This document shows positions 46,441 to 55,975 of a stretch of 64,000 nucleotides of DNA, piece after piece. Below the pieces are notes generated by a model. It searched no databases. It was given only the letters and a program-made list of their open reading frames with translations, and was not told where the DNA came from. The stretch lies in contig CAMDHK010000001.1 of assembly GCA_945897965.1 (NCBI GenBank), positions 16,231 through 80,230 of the forward strand, read 5' to 3'. Source of the DNA: Candidatus Kuenenia stuttgartensis (GTDB lineage Bacteria; Planctomycetota; Planctomycetia; Gemmatales; Gemmataceae). The number at the start of each line of letters is the position of its first letter. The stretch's first letter is position 1. Position numbers and translations under genes: made by a program.

Positions 46441-47309
46441 AAATTCAGGGCAATTTCATAGACTTCCAGCGCATCCATGACCTGATCATTTCGGGTAAAC
46501 AATGCTGCTATTGCTGCGCGATGAATTTTCATCTTCAAATCTCCCACGCCAATTGCGCCATAGCAAATAACACCCTCCCGAACAACGCCTTTGTCCATCA
46601 CGCTGGTTCCCTCGATACCCATAGGCGGAACCGCGTTTAAATCAACAACCATTTTAATGCTGCTAACGGCCTGCCTAATTTTTTCAGGAAGGAGACAAAC
46701 GCCAGCGGCCCCCGTAGAGATTACTAGCTCCACCCCCTCTAATGCACTTTTTAATTCAACATCATTGGCAACCTGAATTGCAACCGGGGCAGGGCATTCC
46801 CCTATTTTCTTCCCTAATGAAACAATTGCTGATTGTGCTTTTTCAATAGTACGCGACGACAAATAAACCTTAGCACCAAGCTTGGCCAACAACAGCGCTG
46901 CTCTTTGACCGACAGGTCCGGTACCTGCAAGAATCAGTACTTTTTTATCTTTCAAATCAAGGTTTTTTGCTGCTATTCGAACCGCTGCGGCCGCGGTTGT
47001 ATTGCAACCATTTGCATCAAATAGCACTGATACCCGCAAGCCATATTCGGGGACCATGGCACCAAGAGCCTTGGCAAGTAATGCTTCACTTTTCTCAACA
47101 TTACCGCCGCCGATAAACAGGGCAGTATTTTTCAAATCTTTGGGACTGCGGGTAAAAATTGCGCCATGAACAAGATCTCTTACCTGATCGGGTTGCACAT
47201 TCGCATAGCTAAATAGTTCATTCACATTGGAATCTATAGCAACGACACGATCAAAGACACTCGCATGAGCATCAGGGTCAAGTTGGATTAGGATGGTTTT
47301 CTTTTCCAT
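46437..47309 (-). CDS. NAD(P)-dependent methylene-tetrahydromethanopterin dehydrogenase (MtdA/MtdB/MtdC family)
   Basis: 290 aa. N-terminus KTILIQLDPDAHASVFDRVVAID. Also present: FIGGGN, DANGCNTTAAAAV and the Rossmann loop LAGTGPVGQRAALLLAKLGAKV. By eye it is collinear with Methylobacterium MtdA. Confidence 0.8.
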   Translation of the reverse strand: MEKKTILIQLDPDAHASVFDRVVAIDSNVNELFSYANVQPDQVRDLVHGAIFTRSPKDLKNTALFIGGGNVEKSEALLAKALGAMVPEYGLRVSVLFDANGCNTTAAAAVRIAAKNLDLKDKKVLILAGTGPVGQRAALLLAKLGAKVYLSSRTIEKAQSAIVSLGKKIGECPAPVAIQVANDVELKSALEGVELVISTGAAGVCLLPEKIRQAVSSIKMVVDLNAVPPMGIEGTSVMDKGVVREGVICYGAIGVGDLKMKIHRAAIAALFTRNDQVMDALEVYEIALNF

Positions 47310-47344
47310 GACGAAATCACCTTATTTTAAGCCTATAAATAAGT

Positions 47345-47367
47345 CATGGGGGCAGTTAGCCCCCATG
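47345..47367 (-). other. 9-bp GC-rich hairpin between fae and mtd
   Basis: CATGGGGGC-AGTTA-GCCCCCATG sits in the 82-nt intercistronic gap. There is no strong T-tract on the coding (minus) strand. Confidence 0.5.
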
Positions 47368-47391
47368 TTTTGAACCTTAAAACCTAAAGTA

Positions 47392-47889
47392 TTACTTAGG
47401 TGAGAAAGGATGTTTTACTTTATCTTTTTGAGCAGTGATGGTTTCAACTTTTGGCTCATTCGCAAGGGCTTTTTTCAAAGCGTCTTTGGTGGCAGCATAG
47501 TTGTATTCAAAAATCTTGCTATCATCTGCAGCTTGGGGATGTATGAAAACACCACAAACGCAAACCAAGTTTTCGGCATCATGATTGCTGATAACGCCTT
47601 CAGCAACGCTATCTGCAACAGCACGAGCAACAGCAGCTTGGGCAGGGCCAAACATCTGAACTGCTTGCTTTAAGCCTTTAATAGTTACCTTGGTAATCAT
47701 TACAGTTGCGGGTTTGCAGATTAAATTTGGTGCAACAACTGCAAGTAGGCTATTGTGGCCTGCAGATTGGGTTGCAATTGCATTGGCAAAAGCTACGCCA
47801 ACTGGGCCATCTTTTGAACCGATCAATAGATCGATATGTGCAATTTCATTACCATCGCCTACCAAAGATTCGCCAATAAACATCGACAT
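47392..47889 (-). CDS. fae: formaldehyde-activating enzyme
   Basis: 165 aa. The N-terminus FIGESLVGDGNEIAHIDLLIGSKDGPVG closely matches the Fae signature (GEALVGDGNEVAHIDL). Confidence 0.9.
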   Translation of the reverse strand: MSMFIGESLVGDGNEIAHIDLLIGSKDGPVGVAFANAIATQSAGHNSLLAVVAPNLICKPATVMITKVTIKGLKQAVQMFGPAQAAVARAVADSVAEGVISNHDAENLVCVCGVFIHPQAADDSKIFEYNYAATKDALKKALANEPKVETITAQKDKVKHPFSPK

Positions 47890-48121
47890 AATTAAAACTC
47901 CGTTTGTTCACTAAGGACAATTAACAACCTCTCAGAATATATATAAAGAGTATCCCGTGGGGAAGCAAACAGATTATTAATGAAATCTTCAAGGGGATTT
48001 GAAGAAGTCATGAAATAGCATCATATTTGCATGATTAGTTCTTGCTCTGTCACCAAATACAAATAGAATTCCAAAAGCTTGATTTTTATACTCCGTTTTA
48101 AAAGTGAGGATTTATACAGTC

Positions 48122-49228
48122 ATGTCAAATTCATCTATCTCTGTAACTAGGCTCCTTGGGTTAGGCTTAACCCCGGGCAAACTCCGGGGCCTTCAGCGAA
48201 TCAGCAATGACAATGGCACACTCACCATGGTTGCTACCGACCAAAACAGCTCTATGATCAGTATGATACGCGACAGCCTCAAGAAAAAAGGCATCGATCG
48301 CGAACCCACATTCGATGAAATTGTCGAAGCTAAAATTATTCTTGCTGAGGCCCTTTCCAAGAATGCCAGTGGCGTTCTTGTTGATGGTTACTACGGCGTT
48401 TGGAACAGCGTTGCCTCTTTTAATATCCCCAAAACGGTTGGCATCTTGGTTCGCGTTGAGCAATCAGGTGGCGGCAAAAACAAGGTCAATGCGCCTTTGG
48501 GCGGTTTTGAACCAGGTTGGAGCGTAGAAAAAATCAAGAGTATCGGTGCCGATGCTGTAAAGCTTCTTGCTCAATACGAACCCACCGAACCTAATAGTGC
48601 TGAGCACCAATTCGAATTCATTCAACAAGTTTACGAAGATTGCAAAAAACATGACATCCTTATGCTTTTGGAAACCGTTGCTTTCCCATTCGGCGACGAA
48701 AAGAAAGACAGCAAAAGTTTCATCAATCGCAAGGCTGAAACTGTAATCGAAAGTGCTCATCAACTCAGCAGGTTCTGCGATATTTACAAAGCTGAGTTCC
48801 CAGGCCACCTCGGAAATGAATCCGATGCTCAGCTTGAGAAAAACCTTAAGGCTCTTGATGCTGTCAGCGAAAGGCCTTGGGTTCTACTTAGCGCAGGCGT
48901 TGATTTCCCTGCTTATAAGCAACAAGTTGAAATGGCAATGAAGGCTGGGGCAAGTGGGATTTTAGGTGGCAGAGCATTCTGGAAAGAATACTTCCTAGAA
49001 GAAACCGAAGTTGCACGGAAGACCTTTGCCAACACTGTTTGCAATGATCGCGTTCTTCAAATCCATGACATTGTCAAAGCAAAAGGTAAGCCATGGTTTT
49101 CACGATACGGCCTCACCATGGATGAACTTCATCGTATTCGGGTTGCTGAAGGCTGGCACTTCCGTTACGGCGGAAACCTCAAGGCCACTGGCAACTCTAA
49201 GGCTGGAGCCCCAGGCGAAGTTTACTAA
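48122..49228 (+). CDS. class I aldolase of the tagatose-bisphosphate aldolase (LacD/YihT) family
   Basis: Motifs: MVATDQNSSM (A-x-DQ), GADAVKLL, and the Schiff-base Lys context DIYKAEFPG. The ATG at 48122 has GAGGA about 11 nt upstream; the ORF-track GTG at 48104 is less likely. Confidence 0.65.
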   Translation: MSNSSISVTRLLGLGLTPGKLRGLQRISNDNGTLTMVATDQNSSMISMIRDSLKKKGIDREPTFDEIVEAKIILAEALSKNASGVLVDGYYGVWNSVASFNIPKTVGILVRVEQSGGGKNKVNAPLGGFEPGWSVEKIKSIGADAVKLLAQYEPTEPNSAEHQFEFIQQVYEDCKKHDILMLLETVAFPFGDEKKDSKSFINRKAETVIESAHQLSRFCDIYKAEFPGHLGNESDAQLEKNLKALDAVSERPWVLLSAGVDFPAYKQQVEMAMKAGASGILGGRAFWKEYFLEETEVARKTFANTVCNDRVLQIHDIVKAKGKPWFSRYGLTMDELHRIRVAEGWHFRYGGNLKATGNSKAGAPGEVY

Positions 49229-49250
49229 CAACTTTCCCTATATCCACAAA

Positions 49251-49286
49251 GAAAGCCAGACACTTTTGTCTGGCTTTCTTCTTTTA
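49251..49286. terminator. bidirectional rho-independent terminator between the convergent aldolase and lysC genes
   Basis: Perfect 12-bp stem GAAAGCCAGACA/TGTCTGGCTTTC with loop CTTT. It is followed by TTCTTTT on the plus strand and TTTGT on the minus strand. Confidence 0.75.
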
Positions 49287-49314
49287 GTACTCATCAATTT
49301 TATTGCTACCAGCC

Positions 49315-51135
49315 CTAATCTATATCGAAAACCTTTTTTAGTTTCTCTTCAGCAAGCTTACCTTGGTTTTTCTGCACCACTACACTGATACAGGTCTCGC
49401 TGGTATTTATCATCAGAATGTTGATGCCTGCAGATGCCAACGAACCAAAAATTCTTCGCGCAACACCGGTGTGCGTTCTCATGCCCACGCCAAGCACATA
49501 AAGGGTTGCAATTTCACTATCTGCAGAAGCCTGAATATCAACATCAATCGATCTGGCAGCCTCAATTGCAAGGGCTAGGGCCGGTTGCAATTTTTCCCTG
49601 GGCACACTAAACGAAAGATCAACTTTTCCACCACACAAATTCTGCACAATCATATCGACAACAATGCCACCGCTGGCAACAGCCTGAAAAATTGCAAGAC
49701 TATTCCCTGGTTTATCAGGCAGGCCAAACAGGGTGATTCTCCCCTGATCCACCGTTTGATGAATTTCGCTTACCAAGATTTCTTCCATACTTGCAAGTTG
49801 TTGGGTTATCTCAACAAGATCTCCCGAACTCGGACTGCTTTGACGGGTCGCAATTTTAGAATGATTTACATCTTCCACTGAGGCACCAGCACCATACCTT
49901 GGCTTTTCAAGCGAAAATGCGCTATGCACTGCCCGTAAGGCCTTCTCCGCATCCGCTTTGTCTACCAATACTGAAATCTTGATTTCACCCGTGGTGATCA
50001 TCTTCATGCTGATTTTTTCAGATGCGAGTGCTGCAAACATTTTTTCTGCAATACCCGTGTTGGTTTTCATTCCGGTACCAACAATCGAAACCTTGCTTAC
50101 TTGAGCATCATGAACTAATCTGGCACCCAATTCCTGAACCAAAGGCTGCAAGGCTTCAAGCGTGGCGGTCAAGTCGTGGGATGGGACTGTGAACCCAACA
50201 TTCGCTTTCCCATTGCTGCCAACGCTCTGGGCAATCATATCCACAACAATATTTCGGGCAGAAACGGCTTCGAATATTCGATGGCTTATTCCAGGCTGAT
50301 CAGGCACACCTTCCATTGATATCCGAGCTTCATCCCGCACCAAAGCGGCGCCACATACAGGAATTTTTGTCATCCACTCGGTTTCGGGAACAATCCAAGT
50401 GCCTTCGCTATCACTGAAAGAAGATCGCACCTGCAATGGTACATCAAACTTTCTCGCAAATTCTATACTTCGCGAATGCATTACCCCTGCACCTGCGCTT
50501 GCAAGTTCCAGCATTTCATCATAGCTGATCGCTTCAATCTTTCGAGCATCAGGGACAACTCTTGGGTCTGTTGTGTAAACCCCATCCACATCAGTAAATA
50601 TATCGCAGGCAACTTCCAATTTTGGGCCCGAGGGATCATGCTTCATCACCGCAGCAAGTGCCACTGCAGTAGTATCAGAACCGCCTCGGCCCAAAGTGGT
50701 AATATTATCATCTTCATCAATACCCTGAAAACCAGCAACGATGACGATATAGCCATCTTCTAAGGCTTTGCGCATTCTGGCGGTGGAAATACTTTTAATT
50801 CTTGCCTTGGTATGGGTGCTATCGGTAACGATTCCGACTTGGGCCCCGGTAAGGCTTATGGCTCGCTCACCCAAAGATTGGATCGCCATAGCCATCAATG
50901 AAATCGAAATCTGCTCGCCAGTGGATAAAAGCATATCCATTTCGCGAGCGGGCGGGGTTTCAGTAATTTCTTTGGCAAGCGCAATCAGCTCATCGGTGGT
51001 ATCACCCCTAGCGCTAACGACAACGATAACCTGATTGCCTGCATGTTTTGCGCGGATGGCTTTGCGTGCTGCAGCCATCACTCTTTGGGCATTGGCAACA
51101 CTCGAACCACCAAATTTCTGTACTACCAGACTCAA
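49315..51135 (-). CDS. lysC: aspartate kinase, long form with duplicated ACT regulatory region
   Basis: N-terminus LVVQKFGGSSV, then VVVSARGDTTDEL. The catalytic domain is followed by two ACT pairs (606 aa versus about 410 for common forms). The TTG start has GGAGA upstream. Confidence 0.9.
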   Translation of the reverse strand: MSLVVQKFGGSSVANAQRVMAAARKAIRAKHAGNQVIVVVSARGDTTDELIALAKEITETPPAREMDMLLSTGEQISISLMAMAIQSLGERAISLTGAQVGIVTDSTHTKARIKSISTARMRKALEDGYIVIVAGFQGIDEDDNITTLGRGGSDTTAVALAAVMKHDPSGPKLEVACDIFTDVDGVYTTDPRVVPDARKIEAISYDEMLELASAGAGVMHSRSIEFARKFDVPLQVRSSFSDSEGTWIVPETEWMTKIPVCGAALVRDEARISMEGVPDQPGISHRIFEAVSARNIVVDMIAQSVGSNGKANVGFTVPSHDLTATLEALQPLVQELGARLVHDAQVSKVSIVGTGMKTNTGIAEKMFAALASEKISMKMITTGEIKISVLVDKADAEKALRAVHSAFSLEKPRYGAGASVEDVNHSKIATRQSSPSSGDLVEITQQLASMEEILVSEIHQTVDQGRITLFGLPDKPGNSLAIFQAVASGGIVVDMIVQNLCGGKVDLSFSVPREKLQPALALAIEAARSIDVDIQASADSEIATLYVLGVGMRTHTGVARRIFGSLASAGINILMINTSETCISVVVQKNQGKLAEEKLKKVFDID

Positions 51136-51387
51136 TGGAATATCTCCGTAATTAAAGCAAAAGCCTTATTGTGTAAAATCTTAGGTGTAATGAGTGCGTT
51201 TGTCTAACAATCAATTCAATTTCTTGCATTCCATTTCCTTTCAAGGATACGATCATTTGCAAGTTTCATGAATATTCAGTGAATTATGCCAGTTCTTGGA
51301 TTATTTACGACCAAAAGAGACTTCAAAGATTATAGTGACTTTCTTTAACTGATGATTATTCACAACGCAAACTTTTAAGGCAATCCA

Positions 51388-52545
51388 ATGTCAATATTCT
51401 TGATCCTTGCAACTTTATGGAATTCGACCCAGCAATTAGAAGTTCAATTATTAGGCAAAACTTCTATTTCTGGAACCGCTTCCGATCTGTCGAGCATGAA
51501 AAATCTGCTGGAGGACAAATCGCCCAACAACAGACTCGGGGGCTTTGGTTCTGCAATCGCTTACACCGGCCAAGGAAACAAGTATCTTTTATTACCCGAT
51601 CGCGGCCCTGGTGATGGAGCAAACTCCTATTCATGCCGATTTCATTTAGCTGAAATAACTGTTTCAACTCCGGGAAAAATCGATTTCAAACTATTAAAAA
51701 CAACTCTGCTCAAAACACCAGAAGGCAACCTCTTAACTGGATTATCCAAGGACTTTGGCCCCTCGGGCAGCAGGTTTGACCCCGAAGGTATTCGCGTCTT
51801 AAAAAATGGCTCCATTCTTATTAGTGATGAATATGGACCATCAGTATGGCTCTTTGATTCCACCGGAAAACTAAAACATAAGTTCCTCATTCCTGAAAAG
51901 TTCCTCATCCAAAACAAATCTGATCATGCTGAAAAAGAATTCCCGCCCTTTAATAAAAAAGGTAGGCTGACCAATAAAGGGTTTGAAGGCATCGCTATTT
52001 CATCTGACCAAAAAAAATGGCTCGCATCTTTACAAGGATCTCTCATTCAGGATCGTAACCCCACAGATCAAAACTTGAAAACCAATGGCGACAACCTGCG
52101 CTTTTTAGAAACTTCCATCGATGGAAAACACCTGCGCGAAATTGTTTACAAAATGGAAAGTGCAAAGAATGGCGTAAATGAAATCCTGGCAATCGGCGAA
52201 GAAGACTATTTGGTGTTAGAGCGGGATGGCGATGCAGGTGAATCTGCAGGGTTCAAAAAGATCTTTCGCATTAGCACAAAAAATGCAACCGATGTTTCAA
52301 AGATACTTGAACTTCCCGCACCAATGCTCCCTGTAGGCATCGTTCCCGTAACCAAAACACTTTTTCTTGATTTGCTCGATCCAAAATTTGGACTCAAGGG
52401 AAAAGACTTTCCCGCAAAGATTGAAGGCCTTACTTTTGGCCCCGATCTTCCCGATGGCCGAAAATTGCTAATCATCACCACAGATAATGACTTTAAACCC
52501 GATGAACCCACTTGGATTTACGCTTTTGCTGTAAAAACCGATTGA
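51388..52545 (+). CDS. phytase-like esterase family protein (beta-propeller)
   Basis: Motifs FDPEGIRV, ISDEYGPS and NKGFEGIAIS are typical of the family annotated as 'esterase-like activity of phytase'. Confidence 0.55.
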   Translation: MSIFLILATLWNSTQQLEVQLLGKTSISGTASDLSSMKNLLEDKSPNNRLGGFGSAIAYTGQGNKYLLLPDRGPGDGANSYSCRFHLAEITVSTPGKIDFKLLKTTLLKTPEGNLLTGLSKDFGPSGSRFDPEGIRVLKNGSILISDEYGPSVWLFDSTGKLKHKFLIPEKFLIQNKSDHAEKEFPPFNKKGRLTNKGFEGIAISSDQKKWLASLQGSLIQDRNPTDQNLKTNGDNLRFLETSIDGKHLREIVYKMESAKNGVNEILAIGEEDYLVLERDGDAGESAGFKKIFRISTKNATDVSKILELPAPMLPVGIVPVTKTLFLDLLDPKFGLKGKDFPAKIEGLTFGPDLPDGRKLLIITTDNDFKPDEPTWIYAFAVKTD

Positions 52546-53652
52546 TTAGCTTTTCATCATCGATCCGCACTGGGCCTTCCAGCGCATCCAATGATCTGCA
52601 AGTACCAAGCAAATCATCGCCTCACCCATCGGTACAAACCTAGGCAACAAACAAGGATCATGCCTGCCTTTGGTTAGGATCTCTGTTTCAACCCCATGTT
52701 TGTCTACCGTTGGTTGTTTTTGGGGCAAGCTGCTAGTTGGCTTGATCGCAACCCTACAAACAATCGGCTGGCCACTCGAAATACCGCCTAGCATTCCGCC
52801 ATGGTTATTGGTTTTGGTTCCAACTTTGCTCGGAAGTTTTTCATCAGCAATAAAATGATCATTGCACTCGCTGCCACGCATACTAGCCACTTTAAACCCC
52901 GCACCATATTCAAAACCCAATACAGCAGGCAGAGACAATAATCCCTTGGCGATATCAGCCTTAAGTTTGTCAAATACCGGTTCGCCCAAGCCTGCAGGAA
53001 CCCCAGTTGCTACCATTTCGCAAATGCCACCAATCGAATCTCTTTCCAAACGCACCTGATCAATCAGGGCATACATTTTTTCTGCGATAACTGGGTCTGG
53101 GCAGCGCACCGCATTACTTTCAACTTGTTCTAAAGTAATTGCAGCGGGGTCTGTAGCTTCAAAACGAATATCACCAACCTGGGTTACATAACCTAAAACC
53201 CTAATACCTTGAGTCGCAAGTAATTTCCGGGCAATCGAACCAGCAGCCACCCTGCAAATAGTTTCTCGCGCACTCGAACGACCGCCTCCTCGATAATCTC
53301 TTAATCCATACTTGGCATCAAAAGTATAATCTGCATGGCCTGGTCGGTATTTATCCTTGATATCGCCATAATCATGGCTTCGCTGATCGTTGTTGCGGAA
53401 TAAAATGCCAATAGATGTACCATCCGTGATACCTTCAAAAACCCCCGAAAGAATTTCGGGTAGATCATCTTCCTTGCGTTGTGTGGTGATTTTTGACTGC
53501 CCAGGTTTTCGCCTTTGCAAATCCGGAATCAAATCTTCAACTCCGAGCGGTAGTCCGGGTGGGCAACCATCAATAATAGCAACATAACCCGGGCCATGGC
53601 TTACGCCCGATGTTGTTACTCTGAACAGTTCTCCGAATGAGTTTCCTGGCAT
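52546..53652 (-). CDS. aroC: chorismate synthase
   Basis: Motifs: GNSFGELFRVTTSGVSHGPG, GGGRSSARET, GRHDPC. Full-length at 368 aa. Confidence 0.95.
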   Translation of the reverse strand: MPGNSFGELFRVTTSGVSHGPGYVAIIDGCPPGLPLGVEDLIPDLQRRKPGQSKITTQRKEDDLPEILSGVFEGITDGTSIGILFRNNDQRSHDYGDIKDKYRPGHADYTFDAKYGLRDYRGGGRSSARETICRVAAGSIARKLLATQGIRVLGYVTQVGDIRFEATDPAAITLEQVESNAVRCPDPVIAEKMYALIDQVRLERDSIGGICEMVATGVPAGLGEPVFDKLKADIAKGLLSLPAVLGFEYGAGFKVASMRGSECNDHFIADEKLPSKVGTKTNNHGGMLGGISSGQPIVCRVAIKPTSSLPQKQPTVDKHGVETEILTKGRHDPCLLPRFVPMGEAMICLVLADHWMRWKAQCGSMMKS

Positions 53653-53726
53653 GATGGTAGTATAACCGAAAATGAGTACAATGTCCTATGTTCAAAACCC
53701 AAGTACCTTTTCAAGGCGGGGCAGCA

Positions 53727-54179
53727 ATGAAGAATGTAGTGATTGTTCTTTTTATGCTGGTGAATTTTGCTTACAACCCGGCCCCATTGCCTGCCCAAGC
53801 GGTTAAAGAAAGTGGCAGGTTTGGTATCGCACTTGATGAGGCTTCTTTCCCGCAAAACAGCCCCGATAACCTGCGTAAATCATTGCTAAAAGCACTTAAT
53901 TCGGATAAAATCGAGTACATGTTAGCCTACCTTGCAGACCCATCGTTCATCGATAAAAATGTCCGCGAAGTACATGAAGGCGATTTTGCCAAACAAGTTG
54001 CAGAAACTCGTGAAAAACTTAAAAAGGGCCTAAAATCTCCTCTAGAATCCCTTCTAAAAGAAGGAAAACTGAACTCCTCAGAAAAATCTGCTTCGCTAAA
54101 AGATCCTGCCCTCAAGGATTTCATCATCAGCATGAAACTCGAAAACAACAAATGGTACATGGAAAATAACAAAAAGTAA
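53727..54179 (+). CDS. hypothetical secreted protein
   Basis: The internal ATG gives the signal peptide MKNVVIVLFMLVNFAYNPAPLPAQA. The remainder is Lys/Glu-rich and helical. Confidence 0.45.
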   Translation: MKNVVIVLFMLVNFAYNPAPLPAQAVKESGRFGIALDEASFPQNSPDNLRKSLLKALNSDKIEYMLAYLADPSFIDKNVREVHEGDFAKQVAETREKLKKGLKSPLESLLKEGKLNSSEKSASLKDPALKDFIISMKLENNKWYMENNKK

Positions 54180-54211
54180 GACGGTTGATCTGACCTCAAA
54201 AGGATAATTAA

Positions 54212-55270
54212 ATGGCTGATTCATGGATCGATTTAAGAAGTGACACCGTAACCAAACCTTCGCCAGAAATGCGCGCTGCTATGCATGCTGCTGAAGTGGG
54301 CGATGATGTATTTAAAGAAGATCCAACGGTTATCAAATTAGAGGAACAAACCGCAGCAATGCTGGGTCACGAAGCAGCACTTTTTTGCCCATCGGGCACT
54401 ATGACCAACCAGATTTGCATTAAAGCGCACACCCAACCAGCTGACGAAATGATCTGCGAGGAATTTTGCCATGTCTTTAATTGGGAAGGTGGTGGCCCAG
54501 CAGCCCTAAGTAACATTTCCTGTAAAACCATCAGGGGAAATCACGGCTTAATCGATGTAGAAATGCTGCAAGATGCCATTCGCCCGCCCAATGATCATTA
54601 CCCCAGAACCAAGCTTCTATCCTTGGAAAACACCCATAATCGCTGCGGGGGCAGGGTACAACCATTCAAGGTAGTTAAAGAACTTCATGAGTGGACTCGC
54701 AAAAACGGACTTATCTTTCATCTCGATGGCGCAAGGCTATGGAACGCAATCGTTGCAACAGGTATCGAAGCCAAGGCTTGGGGCCAGCTTTTCGATTCGG
54801 TCTCGGTATGCTACTCCAAAGGATTGGGAGCACCTATAGGAAGCGCAATTGTAGGCACTAATGAATTTATCGCAAGGTGCAGAAGAATTCGCAAAAGGTT
54901 TGGGGGCGGTATGCGCCAGGCAGGCACCATTGCAGCGGGCGCAATTTACGCCTTGAACAATAACATCCATCGCCTGAAGGAAGACCATGAAAAAGCCAAA
55001 GTACTAGGTGAAGCCATCCAAAAAACCCCTGGGCTAAAAATGGATCAACCGACTGTTGATACCAACATCGTCTGGTTTCATGTGGATCCCAAACTTGCCC
55101 CAGTTCCTGAGTTCGTTGCTGCATTAAAAGAAAGAAAAATCCTAATTCATACAAGTGGTTTAAATCTGATGCGAGTGGTAACTCACCTCGATGTATCCAT
55201 GGAACAAGTTAAAAAAACAGCCGAAATCATCAGCGAAGTCACCAATAAGTTAACCAAAGGCAAAATTTAA
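54212..55270 (+). CDS. ltaE: low-specificity L-threonine aldolase
   Basis: N-terminus IDLRSDTVTKPS, PLP-Lys context SVCYSKGLGAP, and GGGMRQAG. It has a beta-eliminating-lyase fold. Confidence 0.85.
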   Translation: MADSWIDLRSDTVTKPSPEMRAAMHAAEVGDDVFKEDPTVIKLEEQTAAMLGHEAALFCPSGTMTNQICIKAHTQPADEMICEEFCHVFNWEGGGPAALSNISCKTIRGNHGLIDVEMLQDAIRPPNDHYPRTKLLSLENTHNRCGGRVQPFKVVKELHEWTRKNGLIFHLDGARLWNAIVATGIEAKAWGQLFDSVSVCYSKGLGAPIGSAIVGTNEFIARCRRIRKRFGGGMRQAGTIAAGAIYALNNNIHRLKEDHEKAKVLGEAIQKTPGLKMDQPTVDTNIVWFHVDPKLAPVPEFVAALKERKILIHTSGLNLMRVVTHLDVSMEQVKKTAEIISEVTNKLTKGKI

Positions 55271-55637
55271 TCTGTAAACTTGGGAAGGCTTGTTACAAAA
55301 TAAGAGCGATGCCGAAGTATAGGTAACCATGTGATCATCCTTTTATCGCATCCGCTACACCCCCAACTTACCACTTATAAATTTACTGTATTTTTTCTCA
55401 TCCTTTAGCATCTTGGAGACGATAAGTATGTTAGAATTCAGGTGTTGAGCGTTCGAACAGCAGGGCTCTGAAAAGGGCTCTACGAAGGCAGCCTGAAACC
55501 CATCTGCAAAATGGCCAAGGTTTCTCTTCTTGTCAGGGCCAGCATTAGGGTTGGCACTTCGGTGCCAAAGATTGTAGTATCTTCTTGGAAACTCCGACCC
55601 ATCTTTCCGGAGAATTCCTAGAGAAAGGACATGTATC

Positions 55638-55862
55638 ATGTTCAAGCACGGACCATCGACTATAAGCGGACCAGTTTCACGAAACGGCAAAAAGTGGAAA
55701 TCACAACCCAAAGCCGTCGCTAAGCGCAAAAATGAAGGTGCACCCATTAGGCAGGATTTGGTTAGCAGAGTGCGCCAAGAAATCGCTGCTGGCACCTACG
55801 ACACCCCTGAAAAATTTGAACTTGCTCTCGATAAAATGCTGGGCGAACTCGATTTAGGTTGA
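55638..55862 (+). CDS. flgM: anti-sigma-28 factor FlgM family protein
   Basis: 74 aa. The C-terminus RQDLVSRVRQEIAAGTYDTPEKFELALDKML matches the FlgM pattern (V..ik..I..G.Y.vd...iA.kml). AAAGGA lies upstream of the ATG. Confidence 0.6.
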   Translation: MFKHGPSTISGPVSRNGKKWKSQPKAVAKRKNEGAPIRQDLVSRVRQEIAAGTYDTPEKFELALDKMLGELDLG

Positions 55863-55908
55863 AAAATGTCTCTCTTTCCGGTTAAACCTTTGAGATCTTC
55901 AAGGAATC

Positions 55909-55950
55909 GATTATCATAATCTATCAGAGGAATTGCCCATTTCCTCTGAT
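55909..55950. promoter_or_regulatory. Fur-box-like palindrome plus an adjacent 10-bp inverted repeat upstream of fur
   Basis: GATTATcATAATC (55909-55921) is a perfect 6-1-6 palindrome built from the Fur-box hexamer ATTATC/GATAAT. It is followed immediately by ATCAGAGGAA-N8-TTCCTCTGAT (55923-55950). The fur GTG lies at 55976. Confidence 0.45.
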
Positions 55951-55975
55951 TTCCTGATCTGAAAGGACGTCTACC

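Noticed and set aside
51136-51387. Possible lysine riboswitch (L-box) in the lysC leader.
   Set aside because: I could not find the conserved L-box core elements or a suitable multi-stem structure on the minus strand. An Rfam scan would be needed to revisit this.
55355-55795. 146-aa minus-strand ORF upstream of and overlapping flgM.
   Set aside because: Its composition is not protein-like (Cys/Trp/His scattered, no motifs) and it has no RBS. It also overlaps the plus-strand frame that carries a recognisable FlgM C-terminal motif.
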